NCBI GenBank assembly: GCA_039193795.1
Contig: JBCCWI010000011.1
Coordinates: forward strand, 796 to 64,795
DNA: 64,000 nucleotides
Direction of reading: 5' to 3'
Source of the DNA: Actinomycetota bacterium
GTDB lineage: Bacteria; Actinomycetota; Acidimicrobiia; Acidimicrobiales; Aldehydirespiratoraceae
Shown here: positions 1 through 8,396 of the stretch, in pieces
How the letters are laid out: every line of letters starts with the position of its first letter
Numbering within the stretch: position 1 is the stretch's first letter
Program-made: the position numbers and the translations under genes
The notes under the pieces: model-generated
The model's database searches: none
What the model was told of the DNA's origin: nothing
Seen by the model: only the letters and a program-made list of their open reading frames with translations

Positions 1-514
1 GCGGCATCGGGGCGTAGACCCCGAACGTGAGGTAGCCCTGCCACGGCTGGCGCAGAGCGGTCGACAGGTTGTAGTGCTGGCTCGAGTGGTGGGTGACGTG
101 GTTCGCCCACATGAGGCGACGCTCATGCTGCCAGCGGTGCGACCAGTAGTAGAAGAAGTCCCAGGCCACGAACGTGACCGCGAACGACACCGCCGGGTTG
201 GCGAAGGTGACGAGGCGGCGGGCGTAGAGCTTGTTGGTGACCTTGCCGTAGAGTCCCGCCAGCGTCGCGTTGACCGCGACGTTGCCGGCCAGCATCAGCA
301 GGCTGGCCCGGGTGTCGTTGCGCTCGTAGCCGACCGGTACGAGCGGGTCCGCGGGGAGGGAGGTGTCCGACAGCTGCTCGGGAGTGGCGTCGTCGAGATC
401 GCCGAAGGTGCGCAGCCGGCGCTTCTTGAGCACCTGTGCCTCCCACAGCATCGTCGCGATGAAGATCGGCCCCGAGGCCAGATCGACCTTGTTGAGCGGG
501 AGCGACCTCTTCAT
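1..514 (-). CDS. Fatty acid hydroxylase / sterol desaturase superfamily membrane protein (partial; 3' end lies beyond the window start)
   Basis: Absent from the ORF track because it runs off the edge. My minus-strand translation from the ATG (complement of 512..514) reads MKRSLPLNKVDLASGPIFIATMLWEAQ...FFYYWSHRWQHERRLMWANHVTHHSSQHYNLSTALRQPW. It carries the His boxes HRWQHE and HVTHH typical of the family. Confidence 0.7.
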   Translation of the reverse strand, partial: MKRSLPLNKVDLASGPIFIATMLWEAQVLKKRRLRTFGDLDDATPEQLSDTSLPADPLVPVGYERNDTRASLLMLAGNVAVNATLAGLYGKVTNKLYARRLVTFANPAVSFAVTFVAWDFFYYWSHRWQHERRLMWANHVTHHSSQHYNLSTALRQPWQGYLTFGVYAPMP

Positions 515-570
515 TCGTCCAGTGTGGCGCGCCGCGCTCCGGTGTGACCATCGGGGCCTAGGGTTCGGCC

Positions 571-1749
571 GTGGAACGATCGAAGGTGACGGTCGTCGGC
601 GCCGGGCCGGCCGGACTGATGGCCGCGGAGGCCGCGGCGACCACCGGTGCGACGGTGACCATCGTCGACCAGCGCCGTTCGTTCGGCCGCACGCTCCTGC
701 TGGCCGGCCGCTCGGGGCTGAACCTCACCCACGCAGAACCGATCGAGTCGTTTCTCGACCGGTACGGCGAGGGCCGCTCGCTGGTCGAGCCGGCGATTCG
801 CGACTTCCCACCCGAGGCCGTGCGGGTCTGGGCGGACGAGCTGGGCGCCGACACCTTCGTCGGCTCGTCGGGCCGCGTGTTCCCCGCCGCGATGCGAGCG
901 ACCGGGCTGTTGCGGGCGTGGACGGCGCGCCTCGACGCCGCGGGCGTGACGATGCGGACCGGGGTCGTGTGGCGCGGGTTCCAGAACGCGATCGGTACCG
1001 GGGGTTCGGTGGTGCTGGCGCTCGGCGGGGCCAGCTGGCCGTCGGTCGGTGGCGACGGCTCGTGGGTCGACGCGTTCCGCGCCGCCGGTATCGCCGTCGA
1101 CCCCCTCGTCGCCTCGAACGTGGGCGCGCTGGTCGAGTGGTCGTCGCCGATGCGGGAACGCCACGAGGGGCACCCCGTGAAGAACGCGGCGGTCTCGATC
1201 GGGGGTCGTGCGGTCAGGGGTGAGCCGACGATCACGGCGACGGGGCTCGAGGGAGGACCGATCTACGCGGTCGGGCCCGAACTGCGGGCGGCGGTCGCCG
1301 ACGGTCACGCCGTGCTGACGATCGACCTGCAACCGGATCGCACACTCGAGTCGCTCGGCCGGCGACTCGCCGACGCCCGTCGGCCGAAGGACTCCGTGTC
1401 GAGCTGGCTCCGCAAGGCGGGGCTGACGCCGGTCGCGGTCGCGCTGCTGCGCGAGGCGACCGGAAACCGGGTACCCACCGATGCGTCTCGGGTGGCTGCG
1501 CTCGCGAAGGCGCTCCCGATTCCGGTGGTGGGCCTCGCCCCGATCGCCCGGGCGATCTCGACCGCGGGTGGTGTCGCGGTCGACGAGATCGACGATACCG
1601 GCATGCTGCGACGGCGGCCCGGGCACTGGGTGGCGGGGGAGATGACGGCCTGGGATGCCCCGACCGGCGGCTACCTCCTCCAGGCGTGCCTGAGCACGGG
1701 CCGCCGCGCCGGCCTGGCCGCCGCCGGCTGGGTGCCGCCGTCGGACTGA
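571..1749 (+). CDS. HI0933/BaiN-like (TIGR03862-type) FAD-dependent flavoprotein
   Basis: 392-aa ORF. N-terminal dinucleotide-binding motif VTVVGAGPAGLMAAEAA. The C-terminal GEMTAWDAPTGGYLLQACLSTG resembles the HI0933-like family. GTG start. Confidence 0.75.
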   Translation: MERSKVTVVGAGPAGLMAAEAAATTGATVTIVDQRRSFGRTLLLAGRSGLNLTHAEPIESFLDRYGEGRSLVEPAIRDFPPEAVRVWADELGADTFVGSSGRVFPAAMRATGLLRAWTARLDAAGVTMRTGVVWRGFQNAIGTGGSVVLALGGASWPSVGGDGSWVDAFRAAGIAVDPLVASNVGALVEWSSPMRERHEGHPVKNAAVSIGGRAVRGEPTITATGLEGGPIYAVGPELRAAVADGHAVLTIDLQPDRTLESLGRRLADARRPKDSVSSWLRKAGLTPVAVALLREATGNRVPTDASRVAALAKALPIPVVGLAPIARAISTAGGVAVDEIDDTGMLRRRPGHWVAGEMTAWDAPTGGYLLQACLSTGRRAGLAAAGWVPPSD

Positions 1750-1794
1750 GCGGACCGGTGACACATCTCGGCCCGGTCCGGCGTCTCAGAGGGT

Positions 1795-2301
1795 GTGCAT
1801 GACGTCCGAGCTGCGCGGGTGACCGCCGCCGAACCCCCCTCGTCGCCCGACGACCGGGTGTTCGCCGAGCTCTACCCGGGCCTGCGGCGGTTCGCGGCGG
1901 TCGTGGCGAGTCCCGGGACCGACCCTGACGACCTCGTCCAGGACGCGCTGGTACGCGTGCTGCGCCGAGGAGGGTTGGGGCGGCTGGAGCATCCCGCGGC
2001 CTACCTCCGCCAGGCGATCCTGCGGTTGGCCATGGACGACCGACGGTCCTTCGGGCGTCGGATGCGCGCGATCGGCCGCCTGGGAAGCGCCGGCCCGTCG
2101 GCGTCCAGCTACCCGTCGGAACTCGGCGATCTCGACCAGCTCGAATCGGTCGACCGGGCGATCCTCTACCTCGGCGACGTCGAGGGCATCCCCCAGGCCG
2201 ACATCGCCGACCAACTCGGACTCACGCACCAAGCCGTGCGCACCCGCGCATCCCGAGCGCGCCGCCAGCTGCGGCGGGTCATCGAAGAGGAGGAATCGTG
2301 A
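1795..2301 (+). CDS. ECF-type RNA polymerase sigma-70 family factor
   Basis: 168-aa ORF. Region 2-like DDLVQDALVRVLRR and region 4 HTH IPQADIADQLGLTHQAVRTRASRARRQLR. Its stop overlaps the next gene's start (GTGA). Confidence 0.8.
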   Translation: MHDVRAARVTAAEPPSSPDDRVFAELYPGLRRFAAVVASPGTDPDDLVQDALVRVLRRGGLGRLEHPAAYLRQAILRLAMDDRRSFGRRMRAIGRLGSAGPSASSYPSELGDLDQLESVDRAILYLGDVEGIPQADIADQLGLTHQAVRTRASRARRQLRRVIEEEES

Positions 2302-3605
2302 GCGAATTCGACACCGACGATCTGCGCCGACGCGCCGAGTCCGGCGTGCCGCGTGGCGCGGCGAGCGTCTGGTCAGCCGCGACCGGTGAGGTGCGCCGCC
2401 GGCGCCGACGGGCCCGGGTCGGCGCGGGGCTCAGCGCAGCGGCTGCCGCCGTGTTCGCGCTCTCGTTCGTGGTCGGCGGCGACGACGGTGCCGACACCGA
2501 GGTCGTCTCGCCCCCGACGACGCAGGCCGGGTCGGGGGGCGACGCAGCGACCGCGTCGCCGGACGGTACGACGGACGACGTCGATGTCGATCGAGCCGGC
2601 CCCTCGGCCGACGGGTTGGTCGACGTGCTCCTGCTCCCGCTGCCGGAGGCGGAGGAGCGGCTCGCCTCGGTGGGACACGCGACCGAGGTCGTCGTGGGAT
2701 CGTCATCACCGGGTGCCGTGGTGCTCGCCAGTGATCCGCCACCCGGCCGCGGTGCGGCCGCCGGCCAGACCGTGCGACTCGTCGTCGGATCGGTGCCGAT
2801 CCCGTGGAGGGAGACCCCCATGCGAGCGATGCTGGACGATCTGTTCCTGTGGACCTGGGACGGGGCCGCCGGCCAGCGGATCGCGCTCCGGACGTCGGAG
2901 CTGGTCGCGGCCTGCATGACCGAGCAGGGGCAGCCCTACGAGGTGTGGGTACAGCCCGTGCCCGAGCAGGAGATCGGCGTCGTCGAGCTCGCCCGCAACG
3001 GGTGGGGACTGGCCCGTCGTCTGGTCGACGGGCCGGAACCGCAGCCGTCGTGGATGGAGCCGAATCCGAACCTGGCCTACGCCGCGTCCCTGAGCGGTGC
3101 GGCCTTCGAGACCTACAACGAGATCGAAGGGGCGTGTCACCGTCGGGCGACCGAGGAGATCGACGCCTGGCAGTCGCCGTTCAACCTCGAACAGCAGGAT
3201 CTGTTGGCCGAGGTCGCCGCCGAGCTCGGCGCGAGTTTCGCGGCGATCGACTCCGATCCGGCGTTGATCGAGGGGCGCCGCCGCTACTTCGAGTGCCTCC
3301 GCGCCGCGCACGGCGTCGAGATCGAGGAGTTCTTCCACGAGCACCTGATCGTCACCGAACGGCTCGACGAATTCGTCGCCCGCCACGGCGACGATCCGTC
3401 GTCGTGGTCGCAAGACGCCTGGGACGAGTTCGTCGCGCTCGAACACTTCGAACACGAGGTCGCCTTCACGGTGGTGGCCTGCGTGACCGAGCACGTCGAC
3501 CCCGTCCGCGACGAGGTCGCGACGCGAGTCGAGGAGGCGATGATCGAGGAGTACGCCGACTTCCTGGCCGGGTTGCAAGATGTCGTCGATCGGGCGCTCG
3601 GCTGA
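2298..3605 (+). CDS. Single-pass membrane protein with a PASTA-like extracytoplasmic segment and an unknown acidic C-terminal domain (possible sigma-factor partner)
   Basis: 435-aa ORF translationally coupled to the ECF sigma. Arg-rich stop-transfer followed by a TM helix (RRRRRARVGAGLSAAAAAVFALSFVVGG). The segment VDVLLLPLPEAEERLASVGHATEVVVGSSSPGAVVLASDPPPGRGAAAGQTVRLVVGS resembles a PASTA repeat. Confidence 0.55.
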   Translation: MSEFDTDDLRRRAESGVPRGAASVWSAATGEVRRRRRRARVGAGLSAAAAAVFALSFVVGGDDGADTEVVSPPTTQAGSGGDAATASPDGTTDDVDVDRAGPSADGLVDVLLLPLPEAEERLASVGHATEVVVGSSSPGAVVLASDPPPGRGAAAGQTVRLVVGSVPIPWRETPMRAMLDDLFLWTWDGAAGQRIALRTSELVAACMTEQGQPYEVWVQPVPEQEIGVVELARNGWGLARRLVDGPEPQPSWMEPNPNLAYAASLSGAAFETYNEIEGACHRRATEEIDAWQSPFNLEQQDLLAEVAAELGASFAAIDSDPALIEGRRRYFECLRAAHGVEIEEFFHEHLIVTERLDEFVARHGDDPSSWSQDAWDEFVALEHFEHEVAFTVVACVTEHVDPVRDEVATRVEEAMIEEYADFLAGLQDVVDRALG

Positions 3606-3635
3606 TCGGACGGTCGGGCGGCGTACGCTCCGCCC

Positions 3636-5723
3636 ATGGCCTTCACCTATCCCCCCGCCCGGCGAGGCGACGTCGTCGACGACTATCACGGCACCGAGAT
3701 CGCCGATCCGTATCGATGGCTCGAAGAGGTCGACGCAGCGGACACCAAGGCGTTCGTGGAGGCCCAGAACGCGGTGAGTGCTCCGTATCTCGCGAGCCTG
3801 CCCGACCGGGCTGCGTTGATCGACCGCATGACCGAGCTGTGGGACATCCCCCGGACCGAGCCTCCGCGTGTGCGGGGCGAGGGCGACGCCCGGGTCATGG
3901 TGTGGAGCCACAACGACGGCCTCGCCGACCAGCCGACGATCTGGATCCGACGAGGCGACGCCGACCCCGACGTGCTGCTCGACCCCAACACGCTCTCCGA
4001 GGACGGTGCCGTCGCGGTGACGGGATCCGCGCTGTCCGAGGACGGCCGCCTCTTCGCCTACCTCGTGGCCGAAGCCGGCAGCGATCGGCAGTACCTCGCC
4101 ATCCGCAGCACCGAGACCGGCGCAGACCTCGACGACCGGCTCGAACACCTGCGCTTCACGAGCATCGCCTGGTTCGGCGACGGCTTCTTCTACACCCGGT
4201 GGCCCGAGGTCGAACCCGGCTCGACGGCTCCCGTCCGGGATCCCTCGGTGCACTACCACCGGGTCGGAACCCCCCAGGCCGATGATCCGCTCGTGTTCCA
4301 CAACGACGACGACGCGGAGCCGATCTACAGCGCAGGACTCACCGAGGACCGTCGCTATCTCGTGTTGGCCGAACTGCTCGGCACCGACCGACGCAACGGT
4401 CTGCTCTATCTCGACCTCGACACCCACGGTGCCTCGATCGTCGACGGCGCGGCTGTCGACCCCGCTGGTTGGGTCCAGCTGGTGGCCCAGGGGGAAGCGG
4501 CCCACGAGGTCGTGTTGCACGTCGCCGGAGACGACGGCTCGAGCCGCTTCGTCGTGCAGACCGATCGCGATGCGCCCAACGGCCGCCTCGTGACGATCGA
4601 CCTGGCCGATCCGGACCCGGCGGCGTGGACGACGATCGTCGCCGAGACCGAGCAGCCGCTCGAGTGGGCCGCCGCTCTCGCCGGCGAGGTGATCGTCAAC
4701 CACCTCGCCGAGGCGTCGAGCGAGCTCACGCGCCACGCGCCGGACGGCACCGAACTCGGACGGCTCGACCTGCCGGGCGTGGGCAGTGTCACCGGCCTCG
4801 CCGGACGCTTCACCGACCCGGTCTTCTTCATCGGCTACCAGTCCTTCGTCGAACCGCCGACCGTGTTGCGGGTCTCGGAGGGCGCGAGCGAGGTGTGGGC
4901 GGCGAGCGAGGCGCCGATCGACCCCGCCGACGTGATCGTCGAACGCCTGCATGCGACCTCCACCGACGGTGCGCAGGTCGGCATGTTCGTGATCCGGCAC
5001 AAGGACGCTGCGCTCCCGGGGCCGGTCGAGCTCTACGGCTACGGCGGGTTCACCATCAACCTCACACCGGCATACAGCCCATCGCGGCTCGCGTTCCTCG
5101 AGGCGGGTGGGATCGTCGCGATCGCCAACCTGCGCGGCGGCTCCGAACACGGCGAGACCTGGCACGAGCAGGGCGCGCTGGGCAACAAGCAGCAGGTCTT
5201 CGACGACTTCGTCGCCTGCGGCCGCCACCTGATCGACCGGGGCGTCGCCACCGCCGACACCCTCGGGATCCGGGGTGGATCGAACGGCGGACTCCTCACC
5301 GCAGCAACGATGCTGCAGGCGCCGGAGCTCTTCGGTGCGGTGATCACCCAGGTGCCGGTGATCGACATGCTCCGGTTCCAGCACTTCACCGCAGGCCGAT
5401 TCTGGACGGTCGAGTACGGCGACGCCGCCGATCCCGAGGCGTTCGAATGGCTGATCGAGTACTCCCCGCTGCACAACGTGGCGGAGGGCGTCGACTACCC
5501 GCCGTTGCTGATCATGACGGCGGAGTCCGACGACCGGGTGGTCCCGATGCACTCCCACAAGTTCGCCGCGGAGGTGCAGTTCTGCGCCGGTGGATCGTCG
5601 GACAACCCGCTGATCGAACGGGTCGAGACACGAGCCGGTCACGGCATGGGGAAGCCGACCGCCAAGGCCATCGAGGAGGCGGCCGACATCTTCGCCTTCC
5701 TGCTGCATCACCTCCGGCCCTGA
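3636..5723 (+). CDS. Prolyl oligopeptidase (peptidase S9A family)
   Basis: 695-aa ORF. N-terminus YPPARRGDVVDDYHGTEIADPYRWLEE. Catalytic Ser motif IRGGSNGGLL. C-terminal D/H region (DDRVVPMHSHKF, RAGHGMG). Confidence 0.9.
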   Translation: MAFTYPPARRGDVVDDYHGTEIADPYRWLEEVDAADTKAFVEAQNAVSAPYLASLPDRAALIDRMTELWDIPRTEPPRVRGEGDARVMVWSHNDGLADQPTIWIRRGDADPDVLLDPNTLSEDGAVAVTGSALSEDGRLFAYLVAEAGSDRQYLAIRSTETGADLDDRLEHLRFTSIAWFGDGFFYTRWPEVEPGSTAPVRDPSVHYHRVGTPQADDPLVFHNDDDAEPIYSAGLTEDRRYLVLAELLGTDRRNGLLYLDLDTHGASIVDGAAVDPAGWVQLVAQGEAAHEVVLHVAGDDGSSRFVVQTDRDAPNGRLVTIDLADPDPAAWTTIVAETEQPLEWAAALAGEVIVNHLAEASSELTRHAPDGTELGRLDLPGVGSVTGLAGRFTDPVFFIGYQSFVEPPTVLRVSEGASEVWAASEAPIDPADVIVERLHATSTDGAQVGMFVIRHKDAALPGPVELYGYGGFTINLTPAYSPSRLAFLEAGGIVAIANLRGGSEHGETWHEQGALGNKQQVFDDFVACGRHLIDRGVATADTLGIRGGSNGGLLTAATMLQAPELFGAVITQVPVIDMLRFQHFTAGRFWTVEYGDAADPEAFEWLIEYSPLHNVAEGVDYPPLLIMTAESDDRVVPMHSHKFAAEVQFCAGGSSDNPLIERVETRAGHGMGKPTAKAIEEAADIFAFLLHHLRP

Positions 5724-5735
5724 CCGGGCCGGGGC

Positions 5736-6734
5736 TCAGTCGGCGAGCACCGCGTTGACCGCGTGCATGTGGTCGGGACCGATGCCGCAGCAGCCGCCGA
5801 TCAGGGTGGCGCCGACCGCACGCCAGATCGGGACGAACGCGGCGTAGTCGTCGGGGGTGATCGCATCGTCGAAGGACGGGAACTGGCCATCGACGACGAT
5901 CGCCGCGTGGGCGTAGGCCCCGAGCGGCCCGTCCCACCGGGTACGCATGGCGCGGAGCCCGGGCTCGATCAGGCGGGTGTCGGTGTGCATCAGGCACAGC
6001 ACGTCGGCGCCGTGATCTCGGGCGACATCGACCGCGTCGACCAGGAGATCGGCGTCCCGCAACGGGATCGGGTCCGCAAGCTCGCTCGCGTCGTGCCCTT
6101 CCTCCGGTCCGATGCTGAAGCCGACCCAGATCGGCAACCCGACGGTGGTGACGGCGTCGAGCGTGGCGGTCATCCGGTCGATGTCGACCATCATCTCCAG
6201 GCTGATGAGATCGGCGCCCGCGTCCCGCATGATCTCCGCCTGTCGGACGGTGTCCTCGCGGAGCCGATCGAGTGGTGGGTGGTCGCCCGAGAAACTCCAG
6301 TTGGACACGCCGCCGGCGACCACGACGTCGTCGCGTCTCGAGGCGTCACGAGCCGCCACCGCCAACTCGACCGCGATGCGGTTCACGTCCTCGAACTGGT
6401 GACCCCGTCCGACGTCGTCCATGACGTTGCGTCCGGCCGCGAAGGTGCATGACGCGATCAGGTCGGCACCGAGTCGGAGATAGTCGTCATGCACGGCCCG
6501 GACGATCTCGGGGTGGGTCAGGGCGGCGGCTCCGCTCCACCCCAGTTCGTGTTCGGGGACGCCGCGCCGGATCACCTCGGACCCGGTGGCGCCGTCGATC
6601 CGGACGAGGTCGCCTCGACGGGCTCGTTCGATCAGTCGGTCGTAGCGATCCACCCCCGGATCCTTGCCGATCGTCGCGTCCGGCGCAGCTCGTCCACGGG
6701 ACAGCGCCGTCAGCTTGATGTCATGCTGTGGCAT
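5736..6734 (-). CDS. Homocysteine S-methyltransferase family protein
   Basis: The ORF is 5736..6791; I prefer the ATG at 6734 (MPQHDIKL). An alternative GTG at 6653 would leave room for a promoter. Contains IDGATGSEVIRRG and the C-terminal zinc-site motif GGCCGIGPDHM. Confidence 0.75.
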   Translation of the reverse strand: MPQHDIKLTALSRGRAAPDATIGKDPGVDRYDRLIERARRGDLVRIDGATGSEVIRRGVPEHELGWSGAAALTHPEIVRAVHDDYLRLGADLIASCTFAAGRNVMDDVGRGHQFEDVNRIAVELAVAARDASRRDDVVVAGGVSNWSFSGDHPPLDRLREDTVRQAEIMRDAGADLISLEMMVDIDRMTATLDAVTTVGLPIWVGFSIGPEEGHDASELADPIPLRDADLLVDAVDVARDHGADVLCLMHTDTRLIEPGLRAMRTRWDGPLGAYAHAAIVVDGQFPSFDDAITPDDYAAFVPIWRAVGATLIGGCCGIGPDHMHAVNAVLAD

Positions 6735-8337
6735 GGCTTTGACGGAATCCCACGCCCACGGCGTCGAAACCCCCGCAGTCCTCGATGTCACGATCGGCGA
6801 TCTCCTCCGGTCTGCGGCGGACCGAGCGCCCGACCGAGTCGCGTTGATCGAAGGGATCCCCGAGGTGGGGGCGCGTCGCCAATGGACCTACACCGAGCTG
6901 CTGGCCGACGCCGAGCGGACCGCACGCGCCCTGCTCGCCACCTATCGGCCCGGCGACCACGTCGCGGTCTGGGCCCACAACGTGCCGGAGTGGGTGCTCC
7001 TCGAATTCGGGTGCGCGCTCGCGGGCATGACGATCGTGACGGTCAACCCGGCCTATCAGGCCTCCGAGCTCCAGTACGTCGTCAGCCAGTCCAACTCCAA
7101 GGCGCTGTTCGTGGTCGACGATCATCGTGGCAACCCGATGCTCACGATCGCGGAGAAGGTCCATCCCGGCTGCCCGGACCTCGAGGAGATCGTGCGCTTC
7201 GCGGACTGGGAGTCGTTCCTCGCCAGGGGCGACGAGGCGACGACGCTGCCCGCCGTGACCCCCGACGATCAGGTGATGATCCAGTACACGTCGGGCACGA
7301 CCGGCTTCCCCAAGGGCGCCGCGCTCCACCATCGCGGGCTCGTGACCAACTCGTACCACTTCCTCGATCGCCTCGGCATGGAGGACGGCGCGGTGATCGT
7401 CACCCAGATGCCGCTGTTCCACACGGCCGGCAGCGTGATGTCGGTGCTCGGCAGTACGTCGCTGGCATGCACCCAGGTGCTGGTGCCCGCATTCGAGCCG
7501 GGGCTCGTGCTCGAACTCACCGAGACCTACGGCGCCCACGGGATGATGGGCGTGCCGACCATGCTGATCGCGCTGATGGAGCATCCGAACTTCGACGACA
7601 CCGACCTGTCGTCGCTGCAGGCGATCTGCTCGGGCGGTTCGCTCGTCCCCGAGCACCTCGTGCGCACCCTCGAGAAGGAGCTCGGCTGCCCGTTCACGAT
7701 CGTCTACGGCCAGACCGAGTGTTCGCCGGTGCTCAACATGACCCGGCCCGACGACACGATCGAAGACAAGGCACTCACGATCGGTGCGCCGATGCCGTGC
7801 ATGGAGATCCGCATCGTCGACCCCGAGACGGGTGCGACCCTGCCCGTCGGCGAGACCGGCGAGTTGATCACCCGCGGCTATCAGGTGATGCACGGCTACT
7901 ACGAGATGCCCGAGCGCACGGCCGAGACGATCGACGCCGACGGCTGGTTGCACACCGGTGACCTGGCCGCCATGGACGATCGCGGCTACTGCACGATCGA
8001 GGGCCGTCTCAAGGACATGGTCATCCGAGGGGGCGAGAACATCTACCCCAAGGAGATCGAAGAGGTGCTCTTCGCGCACGACGCCGTCGCCGAGGTCGCC
8101 ATCGTCGGTCTCCCCGACGACAAGTGGGGCGAGACGGTCGGCGCGTTCATCCGCCCGGCGACCGATGCGGGCGTCAACAAGGCCGAACTCTTCGACTACC
8201 TGCGAGAGCACCTCGCCCCACACAAGACGCCGAAGCAGTGGTTCTCGGTCGACGCCTTCCCGCTCACCGGCTCGGGGAAGATCCAGAAGTTCGTCCTGCG
8301 CGACCAGTGGGTCGCCGGGGAGTGGGCCGAACTCTGA
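6733..8337 (+). CDS. AMP-dependent acyl-CoA synthetase/ligase (FadD-like)
   Basis: The ORF is 6664..8337; the likely start is MALTES at 6733. AMP-binding motif IQYTSGTTGFPKGAALHHRG; also GYCTIEGRLKDMVIRGGENIYPKEIE and GKIQKF. Confidence 0.85.
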   Translation: MALTESHAHGVETPAVLDVTIGDLLRSAADRAPDRVALIEGIPEVGARRQWTYTELLADAERTARALLATYRPGDHVAVWAHNVPEWVLLEFGCALAGMTIVTVNPAYQASELQYVVSQSNSKALFVVDDHRGNPMLTIAEKVHPGCPDLEEIVRFADWESFLARGDEATTLPAVTPDDQVMIQYTSGTTGFPKGAALHHRGLVTNSYHFLDRLGMEDGAVIVTQMPLFHTAGSVMSVLGSTSLACTQVLVPAFEPGLVLELTETYGAHGMMGVPTMLIALMEHPNFDDTDLSSLQAICSGGSLVPEHLVRTLEKELGCPFTIVYGQTECSPVLNMTRPDDTIEDKALTIGAPMPCMEIRIVDPETGATLPVGETGELITRGYQVMHGYYEMPERTAETIDADGWLHTGDLAAMDDRGYCTIEGRLKDMVIRGGENIYPKEIEEVLFAHDAVAEVAIVGLPDDKWGETVGAFIRPATDAGVNKAELFDYLREHLAPHKTPKQWFSVDAFPLTGSGKIQKFVLRDQWVAGEWAEL

Positions 8338-8350
8338 GCCCACACGCGAC

Positions 8351-8376
8351 GAACCCCCGGCCGGAGCCGGGGGTTC
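8351..8376. terminator. Bidirectional intrinsic-terminator-like hairpin between convergent genes
   Basis: Perfect 11-bp stem GAACCCCCGGC (8351..8361) / GCCGGGGGTTC (8366..8376) with loop CGGA. It lies between the stops at 8337 (+) and 8397 (-). Confidence 0.6.
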
Positions 8377-8396
8377 GGTGACGGCGTCGTCGGCGA

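Noticed and set aside
2706-5711. 1001-aa minus-strand ORF, the second longest in the track
   Set aside because: It is entirely antisense to the well-supported prolyl oligopeptidase and membrane-protein genes. Its composition is Arg/Gly/Asp/Pro/Val-rich with no recognisable motifs. This is a typical high-GC antisense artefact.
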